A DNA stretch of 39,201 nucleotides, from IMG/VR virus record IMGVR_UViG_3300032024_000227, positions 1-39,201 of that record, one strand, 5' to 3'. The notes beneath the pieces were generated by a model. That model did no database searches. It saw only the letters and a program-made list of their open reading frames with translations, and had not been told where the DNA came from. The position numbers and the translations under genes are program-made. Position 1 is the stretch's first letter. The number at the start of each line of letters is the position of its first letter. Source of the stretch: a virus. Its lineage: Duplodnaviria > Caudoviricetes. Below, piece by piece: positions 1-9,322 of this stretch.

Positions 1-58
1 TGGAGCGGACGGAGATAGATTTTAGGGAAGAGCGAGATAAATGCCGGAAATGACTTGG
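1..58 (+). repeat. Terminal inverted repeat, tail-gene end
   Basis: TGGAG at 1-5, GATA at 14-17 and GCCGGAAATGACTTGG at 43-58 mirror the opposite end. Confidence 0.85.
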
Positions 59-69
59 GGTGGGGTGGT

Positions 70-145
70 GAAAGCGGCTTGCAAAATCAGGCTATTTCCC
101 ACTGCAAAACACTCCCTTTCAGCTCTGATTTTGCAAGCCGCTTTC
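70..145. repeat. 21-bp perfect inverted repeat with 34-bp spacer (possible late-operon terminator)
   Basis: GAAAGCGGCTTGCAAAATCAG (70-90) and CTGATTTTGCAAGCCGCTTTC (125-145), just past the last tail gene stop. Confidence 0.8.
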
Positions 146-153
146 TAAACCTG

Positions 154-672
154 CTAGCCCCTCAGCACCTCGATGACCGGGCCATCCACCACATTGAAGT
201 AGGCTCCGAGCATGACGGCCACATCATACCGCCCGGAGTTCTCGGTCACAAACGGTAGGGTCGGCACCCACTGCCCTCTTATGCAAATTTCCACTACCCC
301 CGCTGTGGCCCTGATGAGGATCAGTGACGGCTTACCGCTGGCGCCTTGGATTTCGATCACGGTCTCTGGCAGGGTGGCGGTCGGGTCGGGCTGGCCTTTG
401 GCATCTAGGAGTTGGCCGGTGAGCATCGCCACATGGTTCGGTCCAAGGGCTTGGCCTGGGGTGGACTCCCAGATGCGGGTCTGATCTGCGATGATGCGGA
501 GCTGTGGGCGTGGGTCGTGACGAGATTCGAAGGCGGTCCCGGTCCAGCGCTGGCCCAGGAGGGTCTGATCCTCCGCATCGATCTCTACGAGATCCCGGTC
601 CTCAACTGACCCGTACAGAGTAGAGATTCCCACGACAATCCCGTTGCTGTCTAGCTTCGCGTAGACCATCAT
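154..672 (-). CDS. Putative tail fibre accessory/assembly protein
   Basis: Last gene of tail operon; RBS GGAGGGGAG before ATG 672; N-terminus YAKLDSNGIVVGIS...LLGQRWTG resembles small fibre-associated proteins. Confidence 0.55.
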   Translation of the reverse strand: MMVYAKLDSNGIVVGISTLYGSVEDRDLVEIDAEDQTLLGQRWTGTAFESRHDPRPQLRIIADQTRIWESTPGQALGPNHVAMLTGQLLDAKGQPDPTATLPETVIEIQGASGKPSLILIRATAGVVEICIRGQWVPTLPFVTENSGRYDVAVMLGAYFNVVDGPVIEVLRG

Positions 673-682
673 TCTCCCCTCC

Positions 683-1528
683 CTACACAAATTCGAGTAC
701 GGACCACCTGAGGCTGGTGGCGTACGGAGATAAAACGTTTGACGATATTCGCAGGTTTGTACTCGAGGTTAGGCGGGCAGTCAACTTTTCAGCGCCCTTT
801 TCACCGACGTCGGGCTCCCACCACCGACCGGTCACCTGGAGTAAGCACTTGTCTGTAGCGACGGCTGAAATTGTCACGTCGATATAACGGGCATCCTCCC
901 CGGAGCCTGCCGTGCCGTTTGCAGTGGTGTAGCCGGTCTGAAACGACTTAATTTGGGAGGGTCCAGACGTGAGGGTGCGCGAGGCGGCAGCCCAGATGCT
1001 TGCGGCGTCGGCGGTGTCTAGCTTGGCCGCCCTGGCGGCCGAATAGTCGGTGGCCGAGGGTGGACCGGCGGCGGGGATGAGGTCGGTTTTGGCTTTGATG
1101 ACGGAACTGGCGACGTCCACGTTGTCGAGCTTCAGCGCCCGCACAGCCGTGTAGTTGGTGGCGCTGGGCGGACCCCCATCCGGAATCAGGTTGGTCTTGG
1201 CCTCGATGATGGCGATTCCAGTATTGTCCGGCGCGACGTAGCTGCCGGCCGCGAGGGGGCCACCGGCCGGGATCAGGTCGGTCTTGGCTTTGACCAGTGA
1301 GATCGCCGCATCCAGCAGGTCGAGGGCTGCCGCGCGGGTGGCGGTGTAGTTCCCCGCCGAGGCGGGGCCCGCCGTCGGGATCAAATCCGTTTTGGCTTTG
1401 ATACCGCCGATCCCGACGTTATCGGGCGCGATATAGTCCGAGGCCGCCAAGCGGCTGGAGATGGCCGCGTCGAGGCGGTCGCGGATGAGTTTGTCGATTC
1501 GCGCGATCAGGGCGTCTGCTAATCCCAT
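683..1528 (-). CDS. Tail fibre-like protein with internal repeats
   Basis: Four KAKT(D/N)LIPxxGP-type repeats followed by a beta-rich C-terminal domain; position at end of tail operon. Confidence 0.6.
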   Translation of the reverse strand: MGLADALIARIDKLIRDRLDAAISSRLAASDYIAPDNVGIGGIKAKTDLIPTAGPASAGNYTATRAAALDLLDAAISLVKAKTDLIPAGGPLAAGSYVAPDNTGIAIIEAKTNLIPDGGPPSATNYTAVRALKLDNVDVASSVIKAKTDLIPAAGPPSATDYSAARAAKLDTADAASIWAAASRTLTSGPSQIKSFQTGYTTANGTAGSGEDARYIDVTISAVATDKCLLQVTGRWWEPDVGEKGAEKLTARLTSSTNLRISSNVLSPYATSLRWSVLEFV

Positions 1529-1531
1529 CAG

Positions 1532-2206
1532 CTAGGCCTCCGTCCAACCGGTCAACATCCCGGCGCCGTCATACGTATAGGATCTGGTCCACAGCATGAC
1601 CGCGCCCACCGTGGCCGTCACTGTGGCCACCGAGCCGTCTTGGCTGTACGTGAACGCCTGGCGATAGGTCGATCCGCCCGGCAGAGTCGTATCCATCTGG
1701 GCGACGGAACCGTCCCCATTGTAGGTGATTGCGGCGGAGCCGCTGCGCAGCCGGTCTGGCCGGATGAACCCGTCGGCCGTCGGGTTGAGGGTGTCGCGCC
1801 ACAGTTGTAGCGCCACCAGCGCTGCGCCGGCGCCCTCATTGTTGGCGATAATGGCATTCAGGTCGGCCGCCAGTTGTTCGAACGTCTGTTGGTCGGCGGC
1901 CAGGGCGGCGGTCGCAGCGGCCAGGGCGGCGGCCATCACGACGTCGCGCTGGACCTCAGCCGCCTCAAACGTCGTCTGGTGCGCAGCCGCCGCCTCCTGC
2001 GCCTGCTGGTTGATCTGTGCCAGCAGATCCGCCAGTCGCGAGAGCCCCACATCCCGCAGGGTCTGCAGGGCCGCGTCCCAGTCGATGCTGATCTGTTCCA
2101 GCGCGCCCAGGCGGCCGTCTACATCGAAGAACCGACTGTTGAACTCGCGCTCGTCGAGCGCCGTGACGCCGTTGCGAAACCGATAGCTCTCTGCTTTGGT
2201 GGGCAT
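1532..2206 (-). CDS. Hypothetical tail protein (coiled coil plus YD-like C-terminus)
   Basis: Ala/Gln-rich helical middle; repeated TYxxDGSV and YTYD motifs at C-terminus. Confidence 0.6.
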   Translation of the reverse strand: MPTKAESYRFRNGVTALDEREFNSRFFDVDGRLGALEQISIDWDAALQTLRDVGLSRLADLLAQINQQAQEAAAAHQTTFEAAEVQRDVVMAAALAAATAALAADQQTFEQLAADLNAIIANNEGAGAALVALQLWRDTLNPTADGFIRPDRLRSGSAAITYNGDGSVAQMDTTLPGGSTYRQAFTYSQDGSVATVTATVGAVMLWTRSYTYDGAGMLTGWTEA

Positions 2207-2208
2207 AG

Positions 2209-4449
2209 CTACAACGCGACGTCGATCCGCTCGGCGGCGTGGAAGATGATCAGCGCGTTATTGGTGGTCCCGGTGATCCGGATCCGATACGACGAGATCC
2301 CCGGCGCGGCGATCGTAAACGTCACCGTGCGCCGGATGCTCGCGGCGTTGACGACCGTGTCACTGACGGCCGCCGCATTGTACGTGGTCGCCCCGTCCTT
2401 GAGCTGCACCAGGCAGGTATGCCGGGCGGCGTCCCATCCCTCCAGCAGCAATTGCACCTGGATCGACGTCGACGCCTGCGGCAAGGTGCGAGCCTCGGAC
2501 CAGTGTTCGAACGTCAGCGCGGGGCGCGAGACCTGGACCGTGGCGCCTTGCAGTTCCAGCGCCGGCATCAGATCGGCCGTTCCGACCATCGTCATCCGTA
2601 GGGGCAGCAGCGGCGGCAAGCCGACCAGCAGGTCACCGGTGGTCCCGTCGATGCGCCGCCACAACCCATTGAGCTGGTATTCGTAGAACAGACTCGTGGT
2701 CTCGGGCGCGATCTGGCCCGCCTGCAACACGATATCCGCGATCCCGCCGGACAACGACAACGGTTGCAGGGTCACCTGAACGAACTGACTGGTAAAGCGC
2801 GCGTAGTACAGGGTAAAGGCGAGGTCCTTGGTCAAATCTCCCTGCAAGTAGGCGCCGTCGGTCCCGTAAAACAGCGTGCCCTGCGTATAGCTGTTGCCGT
2901 CGACCGCAGCCGCCCTGTGCGCGCCGGTCGTCACCAGGACCAGTGCATAGCGCCGCCCGGCTACGACGAAGGCTGGGCGGGGGAAGGCAAAGCGGGTCTT
3001 TGTCGGCGACAGCTTCAGATCGGCCGCCGCGACCGACGTCCGGGCCACCGTGCGGCTCAAGTCCGGCAGGCCGTCCGTCGCCTCGCACAACGCCAGCGTG
3101 ATGACCCCATCCGCCGCCCGTTCGGTGATCAGCAGCTCGACGCTCGTCAGCCATCCGGTAAAGGGGTTCAGCACCGTCTCCGCCACCAGGGCGCCGTTCA
3201 CCGCATAATCGACCGCCACCGAGTACCAGTATGGCTCGTTGATCGTATCGGCCCAGAACTGGGCGACCCGCACCCAATGGTGCGTCGTAGGGTCGTCCAG
3301 GGTCTCGAACGTTTCGCCCTCGCGGGTAAAGATTCGGGTGATCGGATCGTACTGGCCGGTCCGCCACCAGACCGAATTTGTGCAGACCGTGCGCGTCGGG
3401 CCGTAGCGGATGACCGTCCGCGACAGCGTCCCCTGTCTCAGTGTGAGCGTCTGATACTGATACTGGTTGAGGGTGATCGACCCGACGACGGGCGTCATGA
3501 CCGACAGGCGGGCGCTTTCGGCGTAGGGCGGCAGGATGAGGCCGTCCCGAGTGACAACCGCTGTCTCCAGGGGGTTGAACAGTTGCAGGGCGGTCAGGTT
3601 CTGGGCATCCCAGGGGAACCGCACCCCCTCGTCGAGTCGCGCGCGATAGTCCGGGTCGGCCGTGTCCGAGTCGTCGGACGTCAGATATCGATCGGCGCCG
3701 TAGCTGCTGTAGCCCGCCGGCAACTGCGCCAGGTCTTTCAGTCGCGCCACGTCGCCGGCCAGCTCGCTCAGACGAGCCTGTGACGCCGCATTGCGCGTCG
3801 CCTGGGCCAGCGCGGCCACATCGGTGCTCAGTGTGGCGATGGCGGGGGCGGCGCGGTCGCGCCAGTCTTCGACCCCCTGCAGCCGCTGATCGGTACTGAA
3901 GAGCTGGGGCAGGACGGCGGCCGCATTGGCCTCGATGGTCTCGATCCCGCCCGGCGTCAACAGGGCATACGCCAGCAAGGTATACCCGGTCGGCGTGGCA
4001 GGTTTCTGCGGCTCCGGCGACTCCAGCCCGGCCGTGATCACCGTCACGACCTCGCGGCGGCGCTCCATCGCGACAGCGCGCGGCTCCGTTTGGCCGGTCG
4101 CCAGATCCAGCAGGTAGTCCCGTGGCTGAATATCGGTCTCGACCTCCTGGCCGTAGCAGGACACCACAAGGTACCGCGTATCCTGGGTCGGCAGTTGGCT
4201 GAAGACGCTAATCGTCTGCGGCCCGGTCAGGACATAGACCTTCCCCTGATCCCCAGCCCACAAGCGACCGGCACTGACCTCCAGCTCGGTCGCACTCTTG
4301 CGACTCACGGCCAGGCCGACGATCTGTCGCTCGCGCGTGACCGCGTCCTCGATCAGATGCTGTAGGCTCTCGTCGGTAAAGGTTTCGTTGTTGGCGAGAT
4401 CGGCCGCCTGCAGCTCCTGCCGATCCCGGTAGATCACCTGTCGCTCCAT
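2209..4449 (-). CDS. Large baseplate/tail structural protein
   Basis: 746 aa, directly after the J and I-like genes; beta-rich C-terminal half. Confidence 0.65.
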   Translation of the reverse strand: MERQVIYRDRQELQAADLANNETFTDESLQHLIEDAVTRERQIVGLAVSRKSATELEVSAGRLWAGDQGKVYVLTGPQTISVFSQLPTQDTRYLVVSCYGQEVETDIQPRDYLLDLATGQTEPRAVAMERRREVVTVITAGLESPEPQKPATPTGYTLLAYALLTPGGIETIEANAAAVLPQLFSTDQRLQGVEDWRDRAAPAIATLSTDVAALAQATRNAASQARLSELAGDVARLKDLAQLPAGYSSYGADRYLTSDDSDTADPDYRARLDEGVRFPWDAQNLTALQLFNPLETAVVTRDGLILPPYAESARLSVMTPVVGSITLNQYQYQTLTLRQGTLSRTVIRYGPTRTVCTNSVWWRTGQYDPITRIFTREGETFETLDDPTTHHWVRVAQFWADTINEPYWYSVAVDYAVNGALVAETVLNPFTGWLTSVELLITERAADGVITLALCEATDGLPDLSRTVARTSVAAADLKLSPTKTRFAFPRPAFVVAGRRYALVLVTTGAHRAAAVDGNSYTQGTLFYGTDGAYLQGDLTKDLAFTLYYARFTSQFVQVTLQPLSLSGGIADIVLQAGQIAPETTSLFYEYQLNGLWRRIDGTTGDLLVGLPPLLPLRMTMVGTADLMPALELQGATVQVSRPALTFEHWSEARTLPQASTSIQVQLLLEGWDAARHTCLVQLKDGATTYNAAAVSDTVVNAASIRRTVTFTIAAPGISSYRIRITGTTNNALIIFHAAERIDVAL

Positions 4450-4450
4450 C

Positions 4451-5749
4451 CTAGATTACCTCCTGTGGAATATTCGTCGTCGCCTCGCCGCACCGGACGC
4501 CGGATCCGACGACCAGGGGCCGCTTCGTATGGATCGCCACCGACACCCGACACCCGGCGCGTCGAGCCAGATTGCCCGCCCACCGCAGTCGCGCAATGCG
4601 CGCCGGGGCGTCGGACGCGGCCAGAAATGCCGTGGTGGGGTGTGTACATCCGGGCCAGATCACACCTCGGGGCCGACGGCCCGCGGTCTGAATCGCCGTT
4701 TCCAGCACGTGCGGCGCCACCCGCCCGATCCGCGCGCCGCCCAGATAGACAGATGCGCGCCGTACCGACAGATCAACTCTAGTAGGATTAAACAGCCGCA
4801 CGCTCTTCCAGATTCGCTGCCCGGCGTTCCGACGGACGGGGATGGTCGGCAGGGACGCCCCGCCCCGATCCGGATAGACGTCCGGATACCGATTGGACAG
4901 GAAGGCGCCGGCTCCTGCGCCCGACTCATGGTGTGGCGTCCACCAGACGCGGAACGGGATCAGTCCCGGTTGTGCGCCGATCGATGCCCGCCGCAGCAAC
5001 GGATCATCCGTGCCGGCCTGGAGCGCATACGTATACAGGCGCGACGCCGCTCGGTGGTCGACGGTGGCGCCCGTCAGCCAGCCCCCGCACATGATCCCCG
5101 CCGCCCGGCCGCGCAGTCCCACTCGGACGATCAGCCCCGCACCCTCGACGGTCGATCGTGTCGCGGATGTCTCGATCCCGGTCAGCGGGTCGTACAGGCT
5201 CGCCCGTTCACCCAGGCGGTCAGCCGCATCGGTCGCCGTCGGGAAGGGCGGGCTCAACACATCGCCGACAAACGCCGTCTGTCGCACACCGGACTCACTG
5301 AACGGCCGCAGTCGCACCTCCGGGTGTCGCGCCTCCAGCGCCAGGCGCTCCGCCTGCGTCAGCGACGGGACCAGGTACAGCGCCGACGGCGGCTGGGCGA
5401 CTCGGACCACCGTCGCATCGGCTAAGAGGCCCAGGTGGAGTCGTAGCCCCTCCACCGTCCCGCGCGACCGGTACAGCTCGAACAGGCGCGCGAGTACCAG
5501 GCGCATCCGCGTCTCGTCCCAGTCGTCGCGCCAGTACGCATCAGCGCCCAGCGCGTAGAAGAGCCAGCGTAGCCACGCCGTCGGCGCGCCGTCGGCGAGC
5601 AGCCGATAGATAAAGTGTTCCTCGGCCCGCTCCGCGTCGAAGAGCGGCACCTCGGCCGCCTGCAGCAGCGTCGTCTGCAGCGGCCCGCCCAGGGCGCGGT
5701 GGATCGCCGGCAGCAGCAGCTCGGTCTTTGCCGTGGCGTTAGACGACAT
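4451..5749 (-). CDS. Tail protein I-like (baseplate wedge)
   Basis: P2 gpI-like LRWL...W...LYRSRGTVEGLR motif; follows baseplate J. Confidence 0.7.
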   Translation of the reverse strand: MSSNATAKTELLLPAIHRALGGPLQTTLLQAAEVPLFDAERAEEHFIYRLLADGAPTAWLRWLFYALGADAYWRDDWDETRMRLVLARLFELYRSRGTVEGLRLHLGLLADATVVRVAQPPSALYLVPSLTQAERLALEARHPEVRLRPFSESGVRQTAFVGDVLSPPFPTATDAADRLGERASLYDPLTGIETSATRSTVEGAGLIVRVGLRGRAAGIMCGGWLTGATVDHRAASRLYTYALQAGTDDPLLRRASIGAQPGLIPFRVWWTPHHESGAGAGAFLSNRYPDVYPDRGGASLPTIPVRRNAGQRIWKSVRLFNPTRVDLSVRRASVYLGGARIGRVAPHVLETAIQTAGRRPRGVIWPGCTHPTTAFLAASDAPARIARLRWAGNLARRAGCRVSVAIHTKRPLVVGSGVRCGEATTNIPQEVI

Positions 5750-6803
5750 TGAGCGTCAGCTCCCCTAACGTCGCCAGACCCTCGGGCGGAATGGCGATAT
5801 TGTCGTGCGGCAACACCAGATCCTCGACATAATCGACGCCTCCGACTTCCTCCAACGTGGCCAGGATCTCGGCCATGCTCACTTTGCGACCCCACACCCA
5901 GCCGAGTGGGTTGAGGCGCGCACGCAGATGCGTGACGGCCAGTGCGCGTACGGTCGTGAGCGTCGCCCCAGGCACCAGCCGCACGCAGGCCGTAATCGCC
6001 ACCGGCCGAAGCGAGGCCGGCAAGACCATCAAGGCGACCCCCTGCAACCGTCGCGGCTCGACGAACCGGATGACCTCCTGAATCAGCGCGCTGTTGGCCG
6101 GTTGGCCATCCTCAGACAGGACATAGAGTCGCACCTCGCCCTCGCGGTCGATCGCGGTCGCCTTCGCCACGCCGGGCACGCTGCGGGCCAGCTCGGCGTA
6201 ATCGGTCAGGGTCACGGCGCGCCACAAGTGCGTCAGCAGCTTCCGCCCGCGATCCAGCGCAGCCGCATCCAGCTCGCTGTCGACTCCGCCCGCAAACACC
6301 TCGGGATTATCCACGCTCCAGATGAAGGGGATCAGCGGGTAGAGGTGGGTGATCCGGTGCGCCGCGACATTGCCCACGGTGCCCCCGATCTCGCTCATGC
6401 ACGCGACGTCGGCCTCGACCTGGCCGGTCGAGACAATCAGCTCCTCCCGACTGACAAATCCCAGCCCGGCGTCACTCAGGAAGCGCGTGCCGGCGGGGAT
6501 CAGCAGATCCGAGGGCGCTGCCTCGCCCAGCGTGAGGCGCACCGTCCCCGTCGCCGCGACCGGGCCTTTTTTTGCAATCCCGAGGTAGTTCACCCATGCC
6601 ACGAGCGCCGCGGCCGGCAGGCGATTGAGGCGTTCGCCCAGGATCGCCACCTGAAACAGCAGCGCATCGAGGACGGCGATCCCCGGATCGGACGGCAGCA
6701 GCGCCGTGTAGTCCGGCGCGCCGGTGGTGATCCGGTCGATCGCCTCCGTCGAGAGATCCGGGAACCCTTTGTCCCACAGGACGGGGGGCGTGACCCCGGC
6801 CAT
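5739..6803 (-). CDS. Baseplate J/gp47 protein
   Basis: SDPG, ATGTV, IPAGTRF, GGVDSE, RAVTLTDY, VPGVAKA motifs. Confidence 0.9.
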   Translation of the reverse strand: MAGVTPPVLWDKGFPDLSTEAIDRITTGAPDYTALLPSDPGIAVLDALLFQVAILGERLNRLPAAALVAWVNYLGIAKKGPVAATGTVRLTLGEAAPSDLLIPAGTRFLSDAGLGFVSREELIVSTGQVEADVACMSEIGGTVGNVAAHRITHLYPLIPFIWSVDNPEVFAGGVDSELDAAALDRGRKLLTHLWRAVTLTDYAELARSVPGVAKATAIDREGEVRLYVLSEDGQPANSALIQEVIRFVEPRRLQGVALMVLPASLRPVAITACVRLVPGATLTTVRALAVTHLRARLNPLGWVWGRKVSMAEILATLEEVGGVDYVEDLVLPHDNIAIPPEGLATLGELTLNVV

Positions 6804-7204
6804 TAGGCGACTCCCTCCCAGCGGCGATGCTCACGGTCGTAGCTGAGCTGTGCCGCCACAGCGATCGTCGTATCCACCAGCAGATCGAGCGTGATGGTCA
6901 GATAGTGTGGGGCGGTCATCTCGATCAGGATCCGCCGGGTCGTGATCCGCGGCTCCTCCAATAGCGCGTCGAAGATCTCGGCCCGCATCCCGGCCAGTGT
7001 GCGCTGGTTGATCGGCGCATCCAGATATTGCCAGAGCCGCGAGCCGAACCAGGGACGCATGATCCGCTCCCCCTTCCAGGTCGTGAGTATCAGGAAGATG
7101 GACTGCCGCAGATGGGCAAGCCCCTCAACCGCGCGCAGGCCGCCGTCCGCAACGACCGGCGTCAACGCCCAGCCCCGCCCCAGCAACTCCCCGTCGCGCG
7201 TCAT
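6803..7204 (-). CDS. Baseplate W / gp25-like protein
   Basis: QSIFLILTTWKGERIMRPWFGS...EPRI signature; start taken at ATG 7204. Confidence 0.9.
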   Translation of the reverse strand: MTRDGELLGRGWALTPVVADGGLRAVEGLAHLRQSIFLILTTWKGERIMRPWFGSRLWQYLDAPINQRTLAGMRAEIFDALLEEPRITTRRILIEMTAPHYLTITLDLLVDTTIAVAAQLSYDREHRRWEGVA

Positions 7205-7205
7205 C

Positions 7206-7739
7206 TTAGGCACCACAGTTCCACGGTGGCGGCGGCGCCCCCTCGTCGCGCGACAGACCCGCGTTGGTGTGGTGCGTGACCGTGCCCAGCGCATCAAAGA
7301 TCAGACCGTGGACGATCAGGTTGCCGAACAGGTGCAGCTCGAGTGTACGCACCCGCATCTTTCGACAGGCGCGATCGACCGCGATCTCGTTGTCCCCCTC
7401 GTCCAGCACGATCAACCGGTCGCCGGTGGCCGATGTCGGGACCCGATCCTGCGCGTTATAGAGCGCACCCAGGACAAACCCCTGCTCGTGGCCGAACGGC
7501 AGGAAGGCGCAGACCACCAGCTCGCCCAGATCCGGCAGCCAAAAGTGCTTGTCGCGGTGTGTCTTCATCATCATCACCTGACACCAGTAGCTGATCAGCG
7601 CACTGTTGTCCGGGAACTGCACGCGCACGCGGCAGCCGTCGACGTGACGTTCCACCACCGTGCCGACGCGGAGGATGTTCTGCTTCGATTCCTCCAGCGC
7701 CGCGATCCGGCCCTCCAACGCCTTCACGATCTCGATCAT
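7206..7739 (-). CDS. Baseplate assembly/spike protein V
   Basis: RVGTV...RVRVQF...WLPDLGELV...GFVLGALY OB-fold pattern. Confidence 0.9.
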   Translation of the reverse strand: MIEIVKALEGRIAALEESKQNILRVGTVVERHVDGCRVRVQFPDNSALISYWCQVMMMKTHRDKHFWLPDLGELVVCAFLPFGHEQGFVLGALYNAQDRVPTSATGDRLIVLDEGDNEIAVDRACRKMRVRTLELHLFGNLIVHGLIFDALGTVTHHTNAGLSRDEGAPPPPWNCGA

Positions 7740-8764
7740 GCGTGATCCACAGGCGGTCCGGCTGCCAGGTTGTAGGCGGCGAGCTGTACTCGATACCCGG
7801 ACTGCTTATCGTATCGATGCGTGGCCTCCGTCACGTGGTAGGTCCCGTCAAAGAGCGCCCCTTCACCGTCGACCATCACGTTGATCCCGGCCCGCAGCTC
7901 CGGCACGCCCAGGCAGTCGAGCTCCGCCTTGAGCCCCTGGGTATTAGCCAGCTTGAGTTTCTCACGTGCCATCACCTCAGCCTGCTGCCGCGACTCGGCC
8001 CGCTGTGTGATCACCAATTCCTCCACGTTGCGAATGCGGGGGTCCTCCACGACGACCTCAATCTCTGCCTTCTTCTGCGGATCGAAATACCGCACCCGCA
8101 CCGTCCGGTAGGTCTTAAAGGTCTTGTACCGGAAACCCCGGCGTCCCAGCAGCCCGTCCAGCGACAGGGTCGGCGCCTGCTCGACGATCCCGCGCTGCAG
8201 GAGGATCAGTCGCTGGTCCTCGATCCGGAAGACGTACCCGAAATCGTTCGCCAGGCGCCCCATGAACTGCAGATCGTGCTCCTCCTTCTGGTCTTTTCTG
8301 AGCAGTGCGATATCCTGACCCTCGATGACCGGCGTGAGCCGATGCTCCGTCGCGATCTGCCGCGCGATGCTGTGCAGGGTCATGCCCTCGAACCCGCGCG
8401 TCTTGAGCGTCCGGAAATCCTGCGCGACACTATCTGAGGCCAGTCCGGAGACGCGGATCCGGGCGGGCGGATTGTCGTTGCGGATCTCGTCGATGGTATA
8501 GGTCCCCATCAACGTCCGGTCCGGCCGATCCGCAAACCAGACCCAGAAGCGCAGCTCGTCGCCCAGTTGAAAGGCGTCCGGATCGGAAAAACGCCCATCC
8601 CGATTCTCCAGCTCGAGGTCGAAGTCGTTGCCCTGGTTGTGTTCGTGGAACTCCACCTCCAGCGACACCGTATTGTGCGCAATGTCCTCCTTGAGCCGGT
8701 GGTTGCGCAACAGCTCCACCTCCCACAGCGCAAAGCGCAAATCTGCGGAGCTATCGAGTCCCAC
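7736..8764 (-). CDS. Late control D / baseplate hub protein
   Basis: QKEEHDLQFMGRLANDFG and GVPELRAG...DGTYHVTEATH motifs. Confidence 0.85.
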   Translation of the reverse strand: MGLDSSADLRFALWEVELLRNHRLKEDIAHNTVSLEVEFHEHNQGNDFDLELENRDGRFSDPDAFQLGDELRFWVWFADRPDRTLMGTYTIDEIRNDNPPARIRVSGLASDSVAQDFRTLKTRGFEGMTLHSIARQIATEHRLTPVIEGQDIALLRKDQKEEHDLQFMGRLANDFGYVFRIEDQRLILLQRGIVEQAPTLSLDGLLGRRGFRYKTFKTYRTVRVRYFDPQKKAEIEVVVEDPRIRNVEELVITQRAESRQQAEVMAREKLKLANTQGLKAELDCLGVPELRAGINVMVDGEGALFDGTYHVTEATHRYDKQSGYRVQLAAYNLAAGPPVDHA

Positions 8765-8936
8765 GGCGCCTCCGCGTGTCGGATGCCGGGATCTGTAGCG
8801 TCAGCCCCGGCGGCAGGATGGCGACGATGGGCGCCTGCGGGTTAGCCGCCAGCAGCTCACGATACGCGGCCGGCGTCCCCAGATGCCGATACGCCAACAG
8901 GTCCAGCCGGTCGCCCTCCCGCGTGGTGTAGGTCAT
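8751..8936 (-). CDS. Tail protein X (LysM-like)
   Basis: YTTREGDRLDLLAYRHLG...ANP...LPPGLTLQIP. Confidence 0.9.
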   Translation of the reverse strand: MTYTTREGDRLDLLAYRHLGTPAAYRELLAANPQAPIVAILPPGLTLQIPASDTRRRRGTR

Positions 8937-9322
8937 ACAAACTCCCGCAGTGCCACGTCGGCCACCGCCTCCAGCTCTCGGCCGTCAGGAAACAGTTTCA
9001 CGTATTCGCGTTTCACTTCCAGGATCACGAACCGCCCCAGCACCTCGCCCGAATCGAGGATCAGCGGAATCGGCACCCACAGGCCATCCGACCCTTCCGT
9101 CAGCGCCTGCGCCTCCAATTTGCGCAGCTCCTCGCGCGGGTCGCAAAAGCTTGCGTGAAACCGGATCTTCAGCGCATATTCGCGCGGCTCGTGACCGGTG
9201 TATTGCAACTTCGTTGTCTCGCGGATGATCGGGTGATCGGCGTAGGTCCACTTCTTCGAGCCGGACAGCGCCAGGGGCTCCTTGAGCCGCTCGAACAGAA
9301 TCGCTCCGAGCTGTCCCATCAT
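8933..9322 (-). CDS. P2 GpU-like tail protein
   Basis: YADHPII...LQYTG...GRFVI...LREFV; directly after the tape measure gene. Confidence 0.85.
   Translation of the reverse strand: MMGQLGAILFERLKEPLALSGSKKWTYADHPIIRETTKLQYTGHEPREYALKIRFHASFCDPREELRKLEAQALTEGSDGLWVPIPLILDSGEVLGRFVILEVKREYVKLFPDGRELEAVADVALREFV

Noticed and set aside
70-1528. Diversity-generating retroelement (fibre gene plus downstream hairpin)
   Set aside because: No reverse transcriptase and no template/variable repeat pair seen
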